In this document: one piece after another, positions 51,024 through 60,354 of the stretch
Position numbering within the stretch: the stretch's first letter is position 1
How the letters are laid out: every line of letters begins with the position of its first letter
Assembly (NCBI GenBank): GCA_038087875.1
Contig: CM075988.1
Coordinates: forward strand, 21,206,001-21,270,000
DNA from: Malacoraja senta
Lineage: Eukaryota
Reading direction: 5' to 3'
Length of the DNA: 64,000 bases
Program-made: the position numbers and the translations under genes
Notes under the pieces: model-generated
What the model was told of the DNA's origin: nothing
Databases searched by the model: none
The model's input: the letters and a program-made list of their open reading frames with translations, nothing else

Positions 51024-51893
51024 ACCTATTCCTTCGTTCCATAGATGCTGCCTCACCCGCTGATTTTCTATAGCATTTTTGTCTACCTTGGTCATCGGTG
51101 ATTTGTTCTGAACCTGTTTGTACCTCTAGTTTCCCTCTCCCCTGAATCTCAGTCTGAAAAGGGGTCTCGACCCAAAACGTCACCTATTCATTTTCTCTGC
51201 CTGACCCGTTGAGTTACTCCAGCAATTTGTGTCTATCTTAGGCATGGACAAGTTGGGCTGCAGGGCTTGTGACTCGATGACTCGATCTCCCCAATTTAAC
51301 GCATGCCCGATTCTTACCATTCTGCCTAGTTTAAGATAATCATCCCCAGTTGGGAACAACCATTTCACTATATGCAGTCAATCATCATTGCATTTGAGCA
51401 TTTTAAACAGTAGACACAGCAGTTCTTAATGAAATCTGATACTGTTATAGCTGAGTATTAGTTGGTCTAAATTAAACAGGTTATATGTGAGTTGCATTGC
51501 ATTTGCAAGCAATTTGGAATGTATCAATTGCAGTATTGAAGCAAGGCTCAGTGTTAGATTGAACCAATTAGTTCTGCTTTCTTGGTGGTGTATCTCACAG
51601 AAAGGAAATTGTACTTTTCAGAGTTAATAAGAACCACCACCAAGAGATACTTAATGGGTCAGAGCGAACAAGGAGATTTGGCTTCCTGCGTGAAGCCCCT
51701 GTGTTTTGCATGGTCGTCCGGCCTCTCTTAGAGTTACTGGAGTGGAAAAAGCCCATTACATTACCATGTCTATGCTACCTAATGGTCGTGCTGGAGGAGA
51801 TAATGGAGCATGCTGGCTGTAGACGTATTGAGGCCGGTGCTTCCACACTGATCACTGATCACTGATCCAGTTCATAGGAGGATCAAAGTCACG

Positions 51894-52877
51894 TTTAGTT
51901 TAGTTTAGAGATACAGCGCGGAAACAGGCCCACTGACTCTGCGCAGACCAGCGATCCCCGCACACTAAAGGCCCTGTCCCACTTACATGTCCTTGGCATG
52001 CAAATTACGCGACCTCGTCGTCGTGTTGAGGCACACGGGCATCGTGTGGCCGCGCGGGGCCGGTCCCACTGAGAAGCGCGGTGGGGGTATGTAGTTGTGC
52101 GCGGTATCGTGCGGCGCTCCGAAATGTTGTAGCGAACAAAATGTTCGCACGCCACCGGCATATCGCGTAACTGACAGCCAAAGTGGGACAGGCCCAACAC
52201 CCTGGCGCAACGCAACGTCTCACCTCCAACAGCAGCAGAAACAGGCAAACGATCGCCGAGCTCGGCCTGGGGCTCATGGCCGTTGCGGTCTGGATCCGCC
52301 CCCACTTCTACCCCCAGAGCGGGGCCAAGAAAATTGAAGATAGACACAAAATGCTGGAGTAACTCAGCGGGACCGGCAGCTTCTCTGGAGAGACGGAATG
52401 GGTGACGTTTCGGGTCGAGACCCTTCTTTCAGACTGAAGAAGAGTCTCGACCCGAAACATCACCCATTGCTTCTCTCCAGAGATGCTGCCGGTCCCGCTG
52501 AGTTACTCCAGCTTTGTGTCCATCTTCAAATGAAGTCACACGCTCCAGACGGCTGTGCGGACGCATGAAGTCGGCGCGACCTTCGCGGGACCGTCGCGCG
52601 ACCACGAGGTCGCGTAATTAGCATGCCAAGGACACGTAAGTGGGACAGGGGCTTAACACTATCCTACACACACTAGAGACAATTCACATTTATACCAAGC
52701 CAATTATCCTACAAACCTGTACGCCTTTGGAGTGTGGGAGCAAACCAAAGATCTCGGAGAAAACCCACGCAGGTCACGGAGAGAACATACAAACTCCGTA
52801 CAGACAAGCACCCGCAGTCAGGATCGAACCAAGGTCTCTGCTGCGGTAAGGCAGCAGCTCTGCGCCAACGTGCCGCC
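51894..52877 (-). mobile_element. HE1-type V-SINE split by a Harbinger MITE
   Basis: The SINE halves rejoin as gatccccgcacac-TAA-cactatcc when 51969-52656 is removed. Confidence 0.88.
51969..52653. mobile_element. PIF/Harbinger-type MITE inserted in a V-SINE and carrying a Penelope hairpin
   Basis: TAA TSD (51966-51968 and 52654-52656). About 50-bp TIRs AGGCCCTGTCCCACTTACATGTCCTTGGCATGC. Confidence 0.9.
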
Positions 52878-53015
52878 CAATGTGGGTCTCAATTTATTTT
52901 CAAATCTAAAGATGTAATTGAAACTCCGCCTCTCTGTCTCTGTCAAATCGTCCCTTAATTTTAATTCAATTGTTGAATCACAAGGCATTTCAAAATGCTG
53001 GAGGATTTATCTGAA

Positions 53016-53077
53016 GAGTGTTTAAATACTCTGGGTGGGAAATGGTGAGTGTTTAAATACTCTGGGTGGGAAATGGT
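53016..53077. repeat. Perfect 31-bp tandem duplication
   Basis: gagtgtttaaatactctgggtgggaaatggt x2. Confidence 0.95.
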
Positions 53078-53179
53078 CTCTGTGGAGGTAGCAGTAGACT
53101 TCATTTTCCCTTTCAAAAATGGACAAATGCACCAGCAGAACTGTCACACCCTGTGTATAGAGTGAACTCAGTGTGTATG

Positions 53180-53430
53180 GCCACATGCAAACTGCAGGAG
53201 CAGCACCTCATATTCCGCTTGGTTAGCTTCTATCCCAACGGTGTGAACATTGAATTCTCCAGTTATAGGTACTTCTACAAACACCATCTATCCTCCCCAA
53301 CCTTCCCTTCCCTCTCCCCCCTCCTCTAACTGACCTAGCACCGGTTTCTCCCCTCCCCCTCCACCTACATTCCTCCCTCCAGCTTCATAATTTGCAACTC
53401 TTCCATCCTCAAGCTTCACAACACACAACT
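53180..53430 (+). mobile_element. Penelope-like ORF C-terminal fragment
   Basis: KLQEQHLIFRLVSFYPNGVNIEFSSYR. Confidence 0.75.
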
Positions 53431-53819
53431 CTTTACCCTTGGCGTGTGGGAGGAAACCGGAGCACCCGGGAGAAACCCACACGGTCACAGGGAGAACGTG
53501 CAGCCTCCGTACAGACAGCACCCGTGGTCAGGATTGAACCTGGGTCTCTGGGGCTGTGAGGCAGCAACTCTACCGCTGCGCCACCGTGTCACTCAGGCAC
53601 AGCAGTGCAGTTGCTGCCTTACAGGTTTTGCAGATGTCTGAATGAAGCATAGTGACTTCTCTGGAGACAATGATAGAATATTTGTCATCTCTCACCATCC
53701 CACCAAACTAGGAACTTCTCATAGTTCAGACACAGGGGCTTTCTTTAGACAAGCAAGGAATCGCAGGTGGTGAAATCAATATCTGGTGAAACCAATATCA
53801 ACATCAATCAAGATGTTTA

Positions 53820-54169
53820 GGGACGACAGATGGCGCAATGGGCTAAGTGTTCGGCTGGCAACCGGAAGGTAGCCGGTTCGAATCCCGCTTGGAGTGCATA
53901 CTGTCGTTGTGTCCTTGGGCAAGACACTTCACCCACCTTTGCCTGCGTGTGAATGTGCGTGAATGTGTGTGAGTGATTGGTGGTGGTCGGAGGGGCCGTA
54001 GGTGCAAATTAGCAGCCACGCTTCCGTCAGTCTGCCCCAGGGCAGCTGTGGCTACAGAAGTAGCTCACCACCACCTAGTGTGACTGAGGAGTGAATGAAT
54101 AATGCGATGTAAAGCGCCTTGAGTATTAGAAAGGCGCTATATAAATCCCATCCATTATTATTATTATTA
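53820..54169 (+). mobile_element. tRNA-derived CORE-SINE (AFC-like), copy 2
   Basis: Nearly identical to 47865-48203, with one extra 10-bp gtgaatgtg repeat unit. Confidence 0.88.
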
Positions 54170-54357
54170 ATATCCATCCTGCTGGGTTGTAAGCTGCCCA
54201 AGCGAAATAAGCCCAAGCTGGTCCTCCACAGAGGCCCGAAACGTTGCCTATTTCCTTTGCTCCATAGATGCTGCTGCACCCGCTGAGTTTCTCCAGCATT
54301 TTTGTGTACCTCCACAGAGGCTGCCTGACCCACTGAATTCCTCCAGATTCTTTCTTA

Positions 54358-54869
54358 AGGGGCTGTCCCACTTGGGTGACCTAATCCGCGAGTTTTGGCG
54401 AATTTGCCCTCGACTCACACTCGCAGCATGGTCGACACGAGGTCGTAGGAGGTCTTTGTAACTCTCCTTCATGCTCGAGAGTGGTCTCCACGTACTCGAG
54501 GCCTCAACTAGGTCGCGGCGTTTTTTCAATATGTTAAAAAAATGCCCGCGAGTAAAAAAAGGTCGCCATGGAAAAAAATCGATGTTTTTTTTTACTCGTA
54601 GGTTTAGTCGAAATAGATCGTAGTAGGTCGGCATGTTAGTCGTTGGTAATCGAAGGTAGTCGTATATAGTCTTCATCATAGTCGAAGGGAGGTCGAATAT
54701 GATGGAAGGAGGTCGTCTTCACTCTCCACTATTCGGTGTCCAATTTTCCCGAAGTTAGTCGCAGCTAGTCGAAGCTGGTCTTCAACATAGTCGAAGGAGG
54801 TCTTCTACATGTCATTTTTTAAAACTCTTCTAAACTCGCCAATTAGGTCGCCCAAGTGGGACAGCCCCT
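54358..54869. mobile_element. PIF/Harbinger-type MITE
   Basis: TTA TSD. TIR AGGGGCTGTCCCACTTGGGTGACCTAAT / ATTAGGTCGCCCAAGTGGGACAGCCCCT. Confidence 0.9.
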
Positions 54870-55149
54870 TTAATATTAATTCTCTAAACTTCAACCGAGA
54901 ATCAAAGTTACGGTTTCAGCAACTGTGGATGTGTGTTCTTCCCCCTTCCCCGCATCCCTTGAAGATCCAGAATGACTGACGTAAGTGCCAGCAAATCCTC
55001 AGATTACTTCATCAATTGTTTTGGAGTGAAGATTTTCTAGTCGGGCCTTGTCCCTGGGTGTGTGGCACCTTAGGAGTTAGGAAAGCATCCTCGTGTGTCA
55101 ATTAAAAGGCCAATAATAATTGCAGGTAGACAAAAATGCTGGAGAAACT

Positions 55150-55645
55150 CAAAGTCAAAGTATCCTTTATTGTCATTCAGACCTTTCGGTCTGAACGAAA
55201 TTTCGTTGCCTGCAGTCATACATAGAATAAAATAACAAAACACACAATAGACACAAATTTAACATCCACCACAGTGAGTTCACCAGGCACCTCCTCACTG
55301 TGATGGAAGGCAAAAGTCTTAAAGTCTTTGTCTCTTCCCTCCTTGTTCTCCCTCTGCGCTGAGGCGATCCAGGCCTCCGATGTTGTGACCCCGCCGGGTG
55401 ATGGTAAGTAAGTCCCGCGGCTCAGCCGTGCTCCGCGAACGGGCCGGTTCAAACTCCGCAGCCCGGGGCGGTCGAAGCTGCCGAAGCTGCCGCCCTCCAG
55501 TCCAGCGGACGAAGCTGTTGTTGCGGGAGCTCCGTAAAAACAGGTAAACCAACCTGTGACCTGCGAGCTCCCGACGATGTCGTCCACTGGCCCGTGGCCG
55601 AACCTCCGAAGTCGGGCCGCCGCCTCAGCCCCGAAGTCGGCCAGC
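55150..55645 (-). mobile_element. GC-rich non-LTR/SINE-like element with Rex1/L2-type tail, nested in a Penelope hairpin
   Basis: Minus-strand tail: TTCAGACC-GAAA-GGTCTGAA stem-loop, AATAAA, (ctttga)n. The host insertion has the 17-bp TSD caataataattgcaggt (55111-55127 and 55713-55729). Confidence 0.65.
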
Positions 55646-55867
55646 CTCACCCGCTGGGATTCTCCAGCATTTTTGTCTTCCTTCGATTTTTCCAGCATCT
55701 GCAGTTCTTTCTCAATAATAATTGCAGGTTTCAATTGATCAAATCTCCTTCACGCATGTTTCTGGTCCAGTTACGTGCAAGTTGTTTGTTTCGGGCACAT
55801 TTTTAAAAAAAACATTGAGATTTAAAATTGGATCATTATTGGGAATAATGGCCTGCATGTTTTCCAG

Positions 55868-56078
55868 AAGCAGATGCATCCAATGACTCCGGCCTGGGAA
55901 CAGGGGCCATCGTGGGGATACTGATCGTCGTGTTCCTCCTCTTGCTGGTGGCCGTGGATGTGACCTGCTACTTCATCAACAAGTGTGGTCTGCTCATGTG
56001 CATCGCCGTTAACTTCTGTGGGCAGCCGGGGCCAGGGTCGAAGGGCAAGGACATCGAAGAGGGGAAAGCTGCTTTCTC
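55868..56078 (+). CDS. NCAM1: NCAM1 exon 16, transmembrane segment and cysteine-containing juxtamembrane region
   Basis: tttccag|AA GCA GAT...TTC TC|gtgagt. Encodes ADASNDSGLGTGAIVGILIVVFLLLLVAVDVTCYFINKCGLLMCIAVNFCGQPGPGSKGKDIEEGKAAFS. Confidence 0.97.
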
Positions 56079-56174
56079 GTGAGTAGCCTAAAGCCGGAGC
56101 TGCCCTGAGGTGTAGCGGTGGTTGTGTCCGAAGCACAGCTCGCCATTACGGAAACCGCATGGGCCAAATGACTG

Positions 56175-56628
56175 GAAAGAAAGACTGGATAGACTTGGCT
56201 TATACTCGCTAGAATTTAGGAGATTGAGAGGGGATCTTATAGAAACGTACAAAATTCTTATGGGGTTGGACAGGCTAGATGCAGGAAGATTGTTCCCGAT
56301 GTTGGGGAAGTCCAGGACAAGGGGTCACAGCTTAAGGATAAGGGGGAAATCCTTTAAGACCGAGATGAGGAAAAACTTTTTCACACAGAGAGTGGTGAAT
56401 CTCTGGAACTCTCTGCCACAGAGGGTAGTTGAGGCCAGTTCATTGGCTATATTTAAGAGGGAGTTAGATGTGGCCCTTGTGGCTAAAGGGATCAGGGGGT
56501 ATGGAGAGAAGGCAGGTACGGGATACTGAGTTGGATGATCAGCCATGATCATATTGAATGGCGGTGCAGGCTCGAAGGGCCGAATGGCCTACTCCTGCAC
56601 CTATTTTCTATGTATCTATGTATCTATG
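56175..56628 (+). mobile_element. CR1/HER1 LINE 3' end, young subfamily
   Basis: Nearly identical to the copies at 16147 and 25131. Confidence 0.95.
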
Positions 56629-56649
56629 TAAATCGGTTTCCAGCGTGCA

Positions 56650-56868
56650 AGAAAGAACTGCAGATGCTGGTACAAACCGAAGGTAGACGCAAAATGCTGG
56701 AGTAACTCAGCGGGTGAGGCAGCATCTGTGGAGAGAAGGAATGGGCGACGTTTCGGGTCGAGACCCTTCTTCAGGAATGGGTGACCCGAAACGTCGCCCA
56801 TTCCTTCTCTCCACAGATGCTGTCTCACCCGCTGAGTTACTCCAGCATTTTGTGTCTACCTTCGGTTT
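56650..56868. repeat. Penelope pseudo-LTR inverted repeat
   Basis: Arms 56674-56759 and 56783-56868 are nearly perfectly complementary. Confidence 0.87.
56747..56774 (-). ncRNA. Minimal hammerhead ribozyme core (Penelope pseudo-LTR)
   Basis: Minus strand CTGAAGA-AGGGTCTCGACCC-GAAA-CGTC, inside the inverted repeat 56674-56868. Confidence 0.62.
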
Positions 56869-57034
56869 CAAACATTTCTGCTTCGGGAAATTATGCACGA
56901 AATTCATGTAACATATGACGAGCATTTGGCTGTACTCACTGGAGTTTAGAAGGATGAGGGGGCACCTCATTGTAACGTACAAAATAGTAAAAGGCCTGGA
57001 TAGGGTAGTAGTGGAGATGATGTTTCCACAAGTG

Positions 57035-57617
57035 CAGGGGTCGGAAACCTTGTTCTGCATAGGGGCCAGGACGCATGTCTGTGAGCGGATGGCGGCCAAC
57101 ATCTATCACGTGTTCACATGGATCCCGCCCCAGATGGCAGGCATCAAATCACGTGTTCACATAGATCCCACCCCTTCAAGGACGCCACCCGGAGCACTGG
57201 CCCCTAGTTACGGGCGCTCACGAACACGGCGTACCTACGGACCATTGCCTTGGCTCTGTCCTGAAGGCGGTGGCTCAAATACTCACACTCACTTGTCCCA
57301 AGCCTATTGACAACCCCGATCCCGACAGTGAAGCCCAGACACAGAAGGTGCGCGGTTGTGCCGGCGGCTTTGCGTTGGCTGCGGTACAGCCAGAGCTCGG
57401 CGCTCGGGCGCTCGGCGGCTCCACACTTGTGGCCACCAGCGCAGGCCTCCTTGTGTCCTTACGTCACCGTGCCTGGGCGCCTTGGGCCCGGGAGGTACCG
57501 GAGATGAAGGAAGTCTGCGGGCCGGATGACTATGGGAAAAAAAAATACGCCTGCAGGCTGGATGATTTGGGGTTACGGGCCGCATTGGGCCCGGGGGCTG
57601 TAGGTTGCCGACCCCTG
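57035..57617. mobile_element. hAT (Charlie-like) non-autonomous element inserted in a CR1 fragment
   Basis: TIR CAGGGGTCGG(A/C)AACCT. 8-bp TSD cacaagtg/cactagtg. GC-rich interior. Confidence 0.88.
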
Positions 57618-58393
57618 CACTAGTGGGAGGGAGTCTAGCGCCAGAGAATTCAAGGACATTCCTTTCGGAAGGAGATGAGGTGTGGAATCAGTGGAATACA
57701 TTGCTACGGACAGATTAGGAGGCCAAGTCAAGGGATATTTTGAAGGCGGAGATAAAAAGTCTTCTTGAATAGTACGGTTGTCAGGGGTTATGGGGAGAAG
57801 GCAGGGGAATGGAGTTAGGAGGGAGAGTTAGATCAGCCATGATTGAATGGTAGAGTAGACTTGATGGGCCGAATGGCCTAATTCTGCTCCTATCGTTTAT
57901 GAACTTATTAGGGATGTAGAAACTGCATCGGTTTCTATTTGGAGGATATTGTGCATGAAGTTTGTGTGAATGAATGAATGAGCTGGAATAATAAATGTGG
58001 CCTGGAGAATTTTAGCTCCAGAGATAGAGGTTTAGTATAGATCAGAGATTCTTCACGGAAATAAGCCCGACCCACTGAGTCCGCACCGACCAGCGATCCC
58101 CATTCACTAGCACTATCTGACACATCAGGGACAATTTGCAATTTTTACTGAAGCCAATTAATCTACAAACCTTTACGTCTTTGGAGTGTGGGAGGAAACC
58201 GGAGCACCTGGAGGAAACCCACTCGGTCACAGCGAGAGCGTCAATTGTCCCTAGTGTGTCGGATCGTGCCAGTGTGTGCGGGCGATCGCTGTTCGGCGTG
58301 GAGTCGGCGGGCCAAAGGGCCTGTTTCCCAGCCTTAATCCCCAAATCGTCAAAATAGAATGCTGCAAAGTGCCGCCCTTGCATTCCTTCTCAG

Positions 58394-58510
58394 GAAAGAT
58401 GAGTCGAAGGAGCCGATCGTGGAGGTGCGGACTGAGGAGGAACGCACACCAAATCATGACGGGGGCAGCCAGACGGAACCGAATGAAACCACTCCACTGA
58501 CGGAGCCTGA
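58394..58510 (+). CDS. NCAM1: NCAM1 exon 17, cytoplasmic domain
   Basis: ttctcag|G AAA GAT...CCT GA|gtaagt, 117 nt. Encodes [39 protein letters not shown]. Confidence 0.98.
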
Positions 58511-59345
58511 GTAAGTGCCAACCAGTTTGAGAAAGTCCCTGCTCTGTCCTGTACATCCAAGCAGTCCTTGTTTGGTTTGATGTCTGTGGCTCTATGGTTG
58601 GCTAATAATTCCCACTCGCTGTATTGCTTCTCCAAATTCCACCAGTTTCTTTACAGTGGTCAATTCAATTTGGCTTCTGTTTCCTTGATGGCAACTCCCA
58701 TCTTAAAGTAATGTCAATGGACTTAGTACAACAGCCAAGGCCAAATTCAAAGCCCGTAACTGCGAATGACGAATCTCAAGGAATCAAAACTTGTAAACAG
58801 TTTAAACTGAACTAGCTCAGCTCAAAACTAAGAAATCATTAAAATCTGATGTGGTTTTTATTTAATGAGTCTGAAAGCATTGACTTGGAAATTAAGTTTA
58901 TTAACAACCCTTTGGCATTTATCTGTTTATGATTGGCTGCACATGCATGAATATCAGAAAGAGATTAAATTTCCCTCCATCAAATGAACATTAAGGCTTG
59001 TACACATAATAATTCTCAACTTTAATCTGAAAGTGCTTTGCAGATACATAATTTGACACAAACAAAAGTATTTTCCTTTGAGTTAATCTCAGAAAGAGGA
59101 ATTATGCAACCACTTGTCTGTAATAGCTTTGTTAATCAGGATTATTGAAAGTTGAGTCCTTCCCTGTTTTGTGTTAAAGATTTTTAACTGTTTGTGGTAT
59201 TGTGAATGTAAGACAGTTGTGTTTTCACTCCTACTGTACGGTGGTTAGTTAATGTTGTACGTGGCAGTCTGATTGGGTCTGTTTGTGTGCTTATGTTTCT
59301 TTCTGCCACTGTTCTATCCATTTTCTACTCCTGTTATCCTCACAG

Positions 59346-60178
59346 GCATGCAGCAGATACCCAGGCCACTGTTGAGGACATGTTGCCTTCTGTCACCACA
59401 GTAACCACTAACTCTGACACTATCACTGAAACCTTTGCCACCGCTCAAAACAGTCCGACAAGTGAAACGACCACACTCACTTCCAGCGCCGCTCTCCCGG
59501 CCACGACCACCCCAGAGCCGTCACCCGCCACTAACGCCGCGCCGCACACGCCCAAGGCCGCCGCCGCGGCGTCGCCCGCCGTGCCCAGGCGGACGGCGCC
59601 CCCAAAGTCGCCCCCCTCGTAGACCTCAGCGACGCTCCGGCCTCTTCCTCCGCACCTCCTCCTCCTCCTCCTGCTGCCAAGGCCTCCTCCTCCGCCGCCG
59701 CTCCGGTCTCCAACGCCGGCCCTGCCCCGCCGCCCGCGGCCGGTAAAGCCAAAGAGGCTTCGCTAGCTCCGGCCGGCGGCGGCGGCGGCGCCAAACCCAA
59801 ACCCGCCACCACCGGTCCCGGCAACCCGGTTGCGGCGGCGCAGCAGCGGCAGTCACCCAAGCCGGCCGCTCTCGCGGCGGCCAAGAGCCCCGAAGCTGCC
59901 GCTCCGAAGCCCAGCCCAGTGAAGAGCCCGGGGGAAGCAAAGAATAACTCCACCAGCGTGAAGAAGGAGGCTGCCACGGACGGCAGCAAAAAGCCCTTCA
60001 AGGGCGAGGACTTTCCAAATGACGGAGGGACCTTCAAGACCTCAGACATTGATCTTGCAAAGGATGTTTTTGCAGCTCTTGGCAATTCTTCTCTTCCCGC
60101 TATGGGTGGCGGGAAGGCTCCTGACCTTGCTCCCTCTGCTACTGACGCCGTTTCACCACCTGCTCCAGAGAAGGAAGA
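59346..60178 (+). CDS. NCAM1: NCAM1 exon 18 (NCAM-180-specific cytoplasmic cassette), apparent 1-nt frameshift near 59560-59590
   Basis: cacag|G CAT GCA..., encoding HAADTQATVEDMLPSVTTVTTNSDTITETFATAQNSPTSETTTLTSS. In the shifted frame it continues PKVAPLVDLSD...GGTFKTSDIDLAKDVFAALG...APEKE, ending GA|gtatgg. Length is 833 nt, one short of a multiple of 3. Confidence 0.93.
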
Positions 60179-60354
60179 GTATGGGCCTTTTTCACACTAA
60201 TCGCTACTTGCTTGTCATTGTCTTTGTTGTGGTTCTCTTGTGCTTTTGTGTCCTGCATAATCCTGCATAAAACCTGGTCACTAACTTCACAGCAAATAAC
60301 AGCCTCAACTGAACCCTTTCCTCCCAGATCGTTGAGATGACATCCCGTTTTAAC

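Noticed and set aside
51725..51865. LEWKKPITLP resembling the start of exon 14
   Set aside because: Downstream residues do not fit an FN3 domain, the frame ends in a stop, and the acceptor phase is wrong.
59531..60085. 184-aa antisense ORF
   Set aside because: Shadow of the GC-rich exon 18 reading frame.
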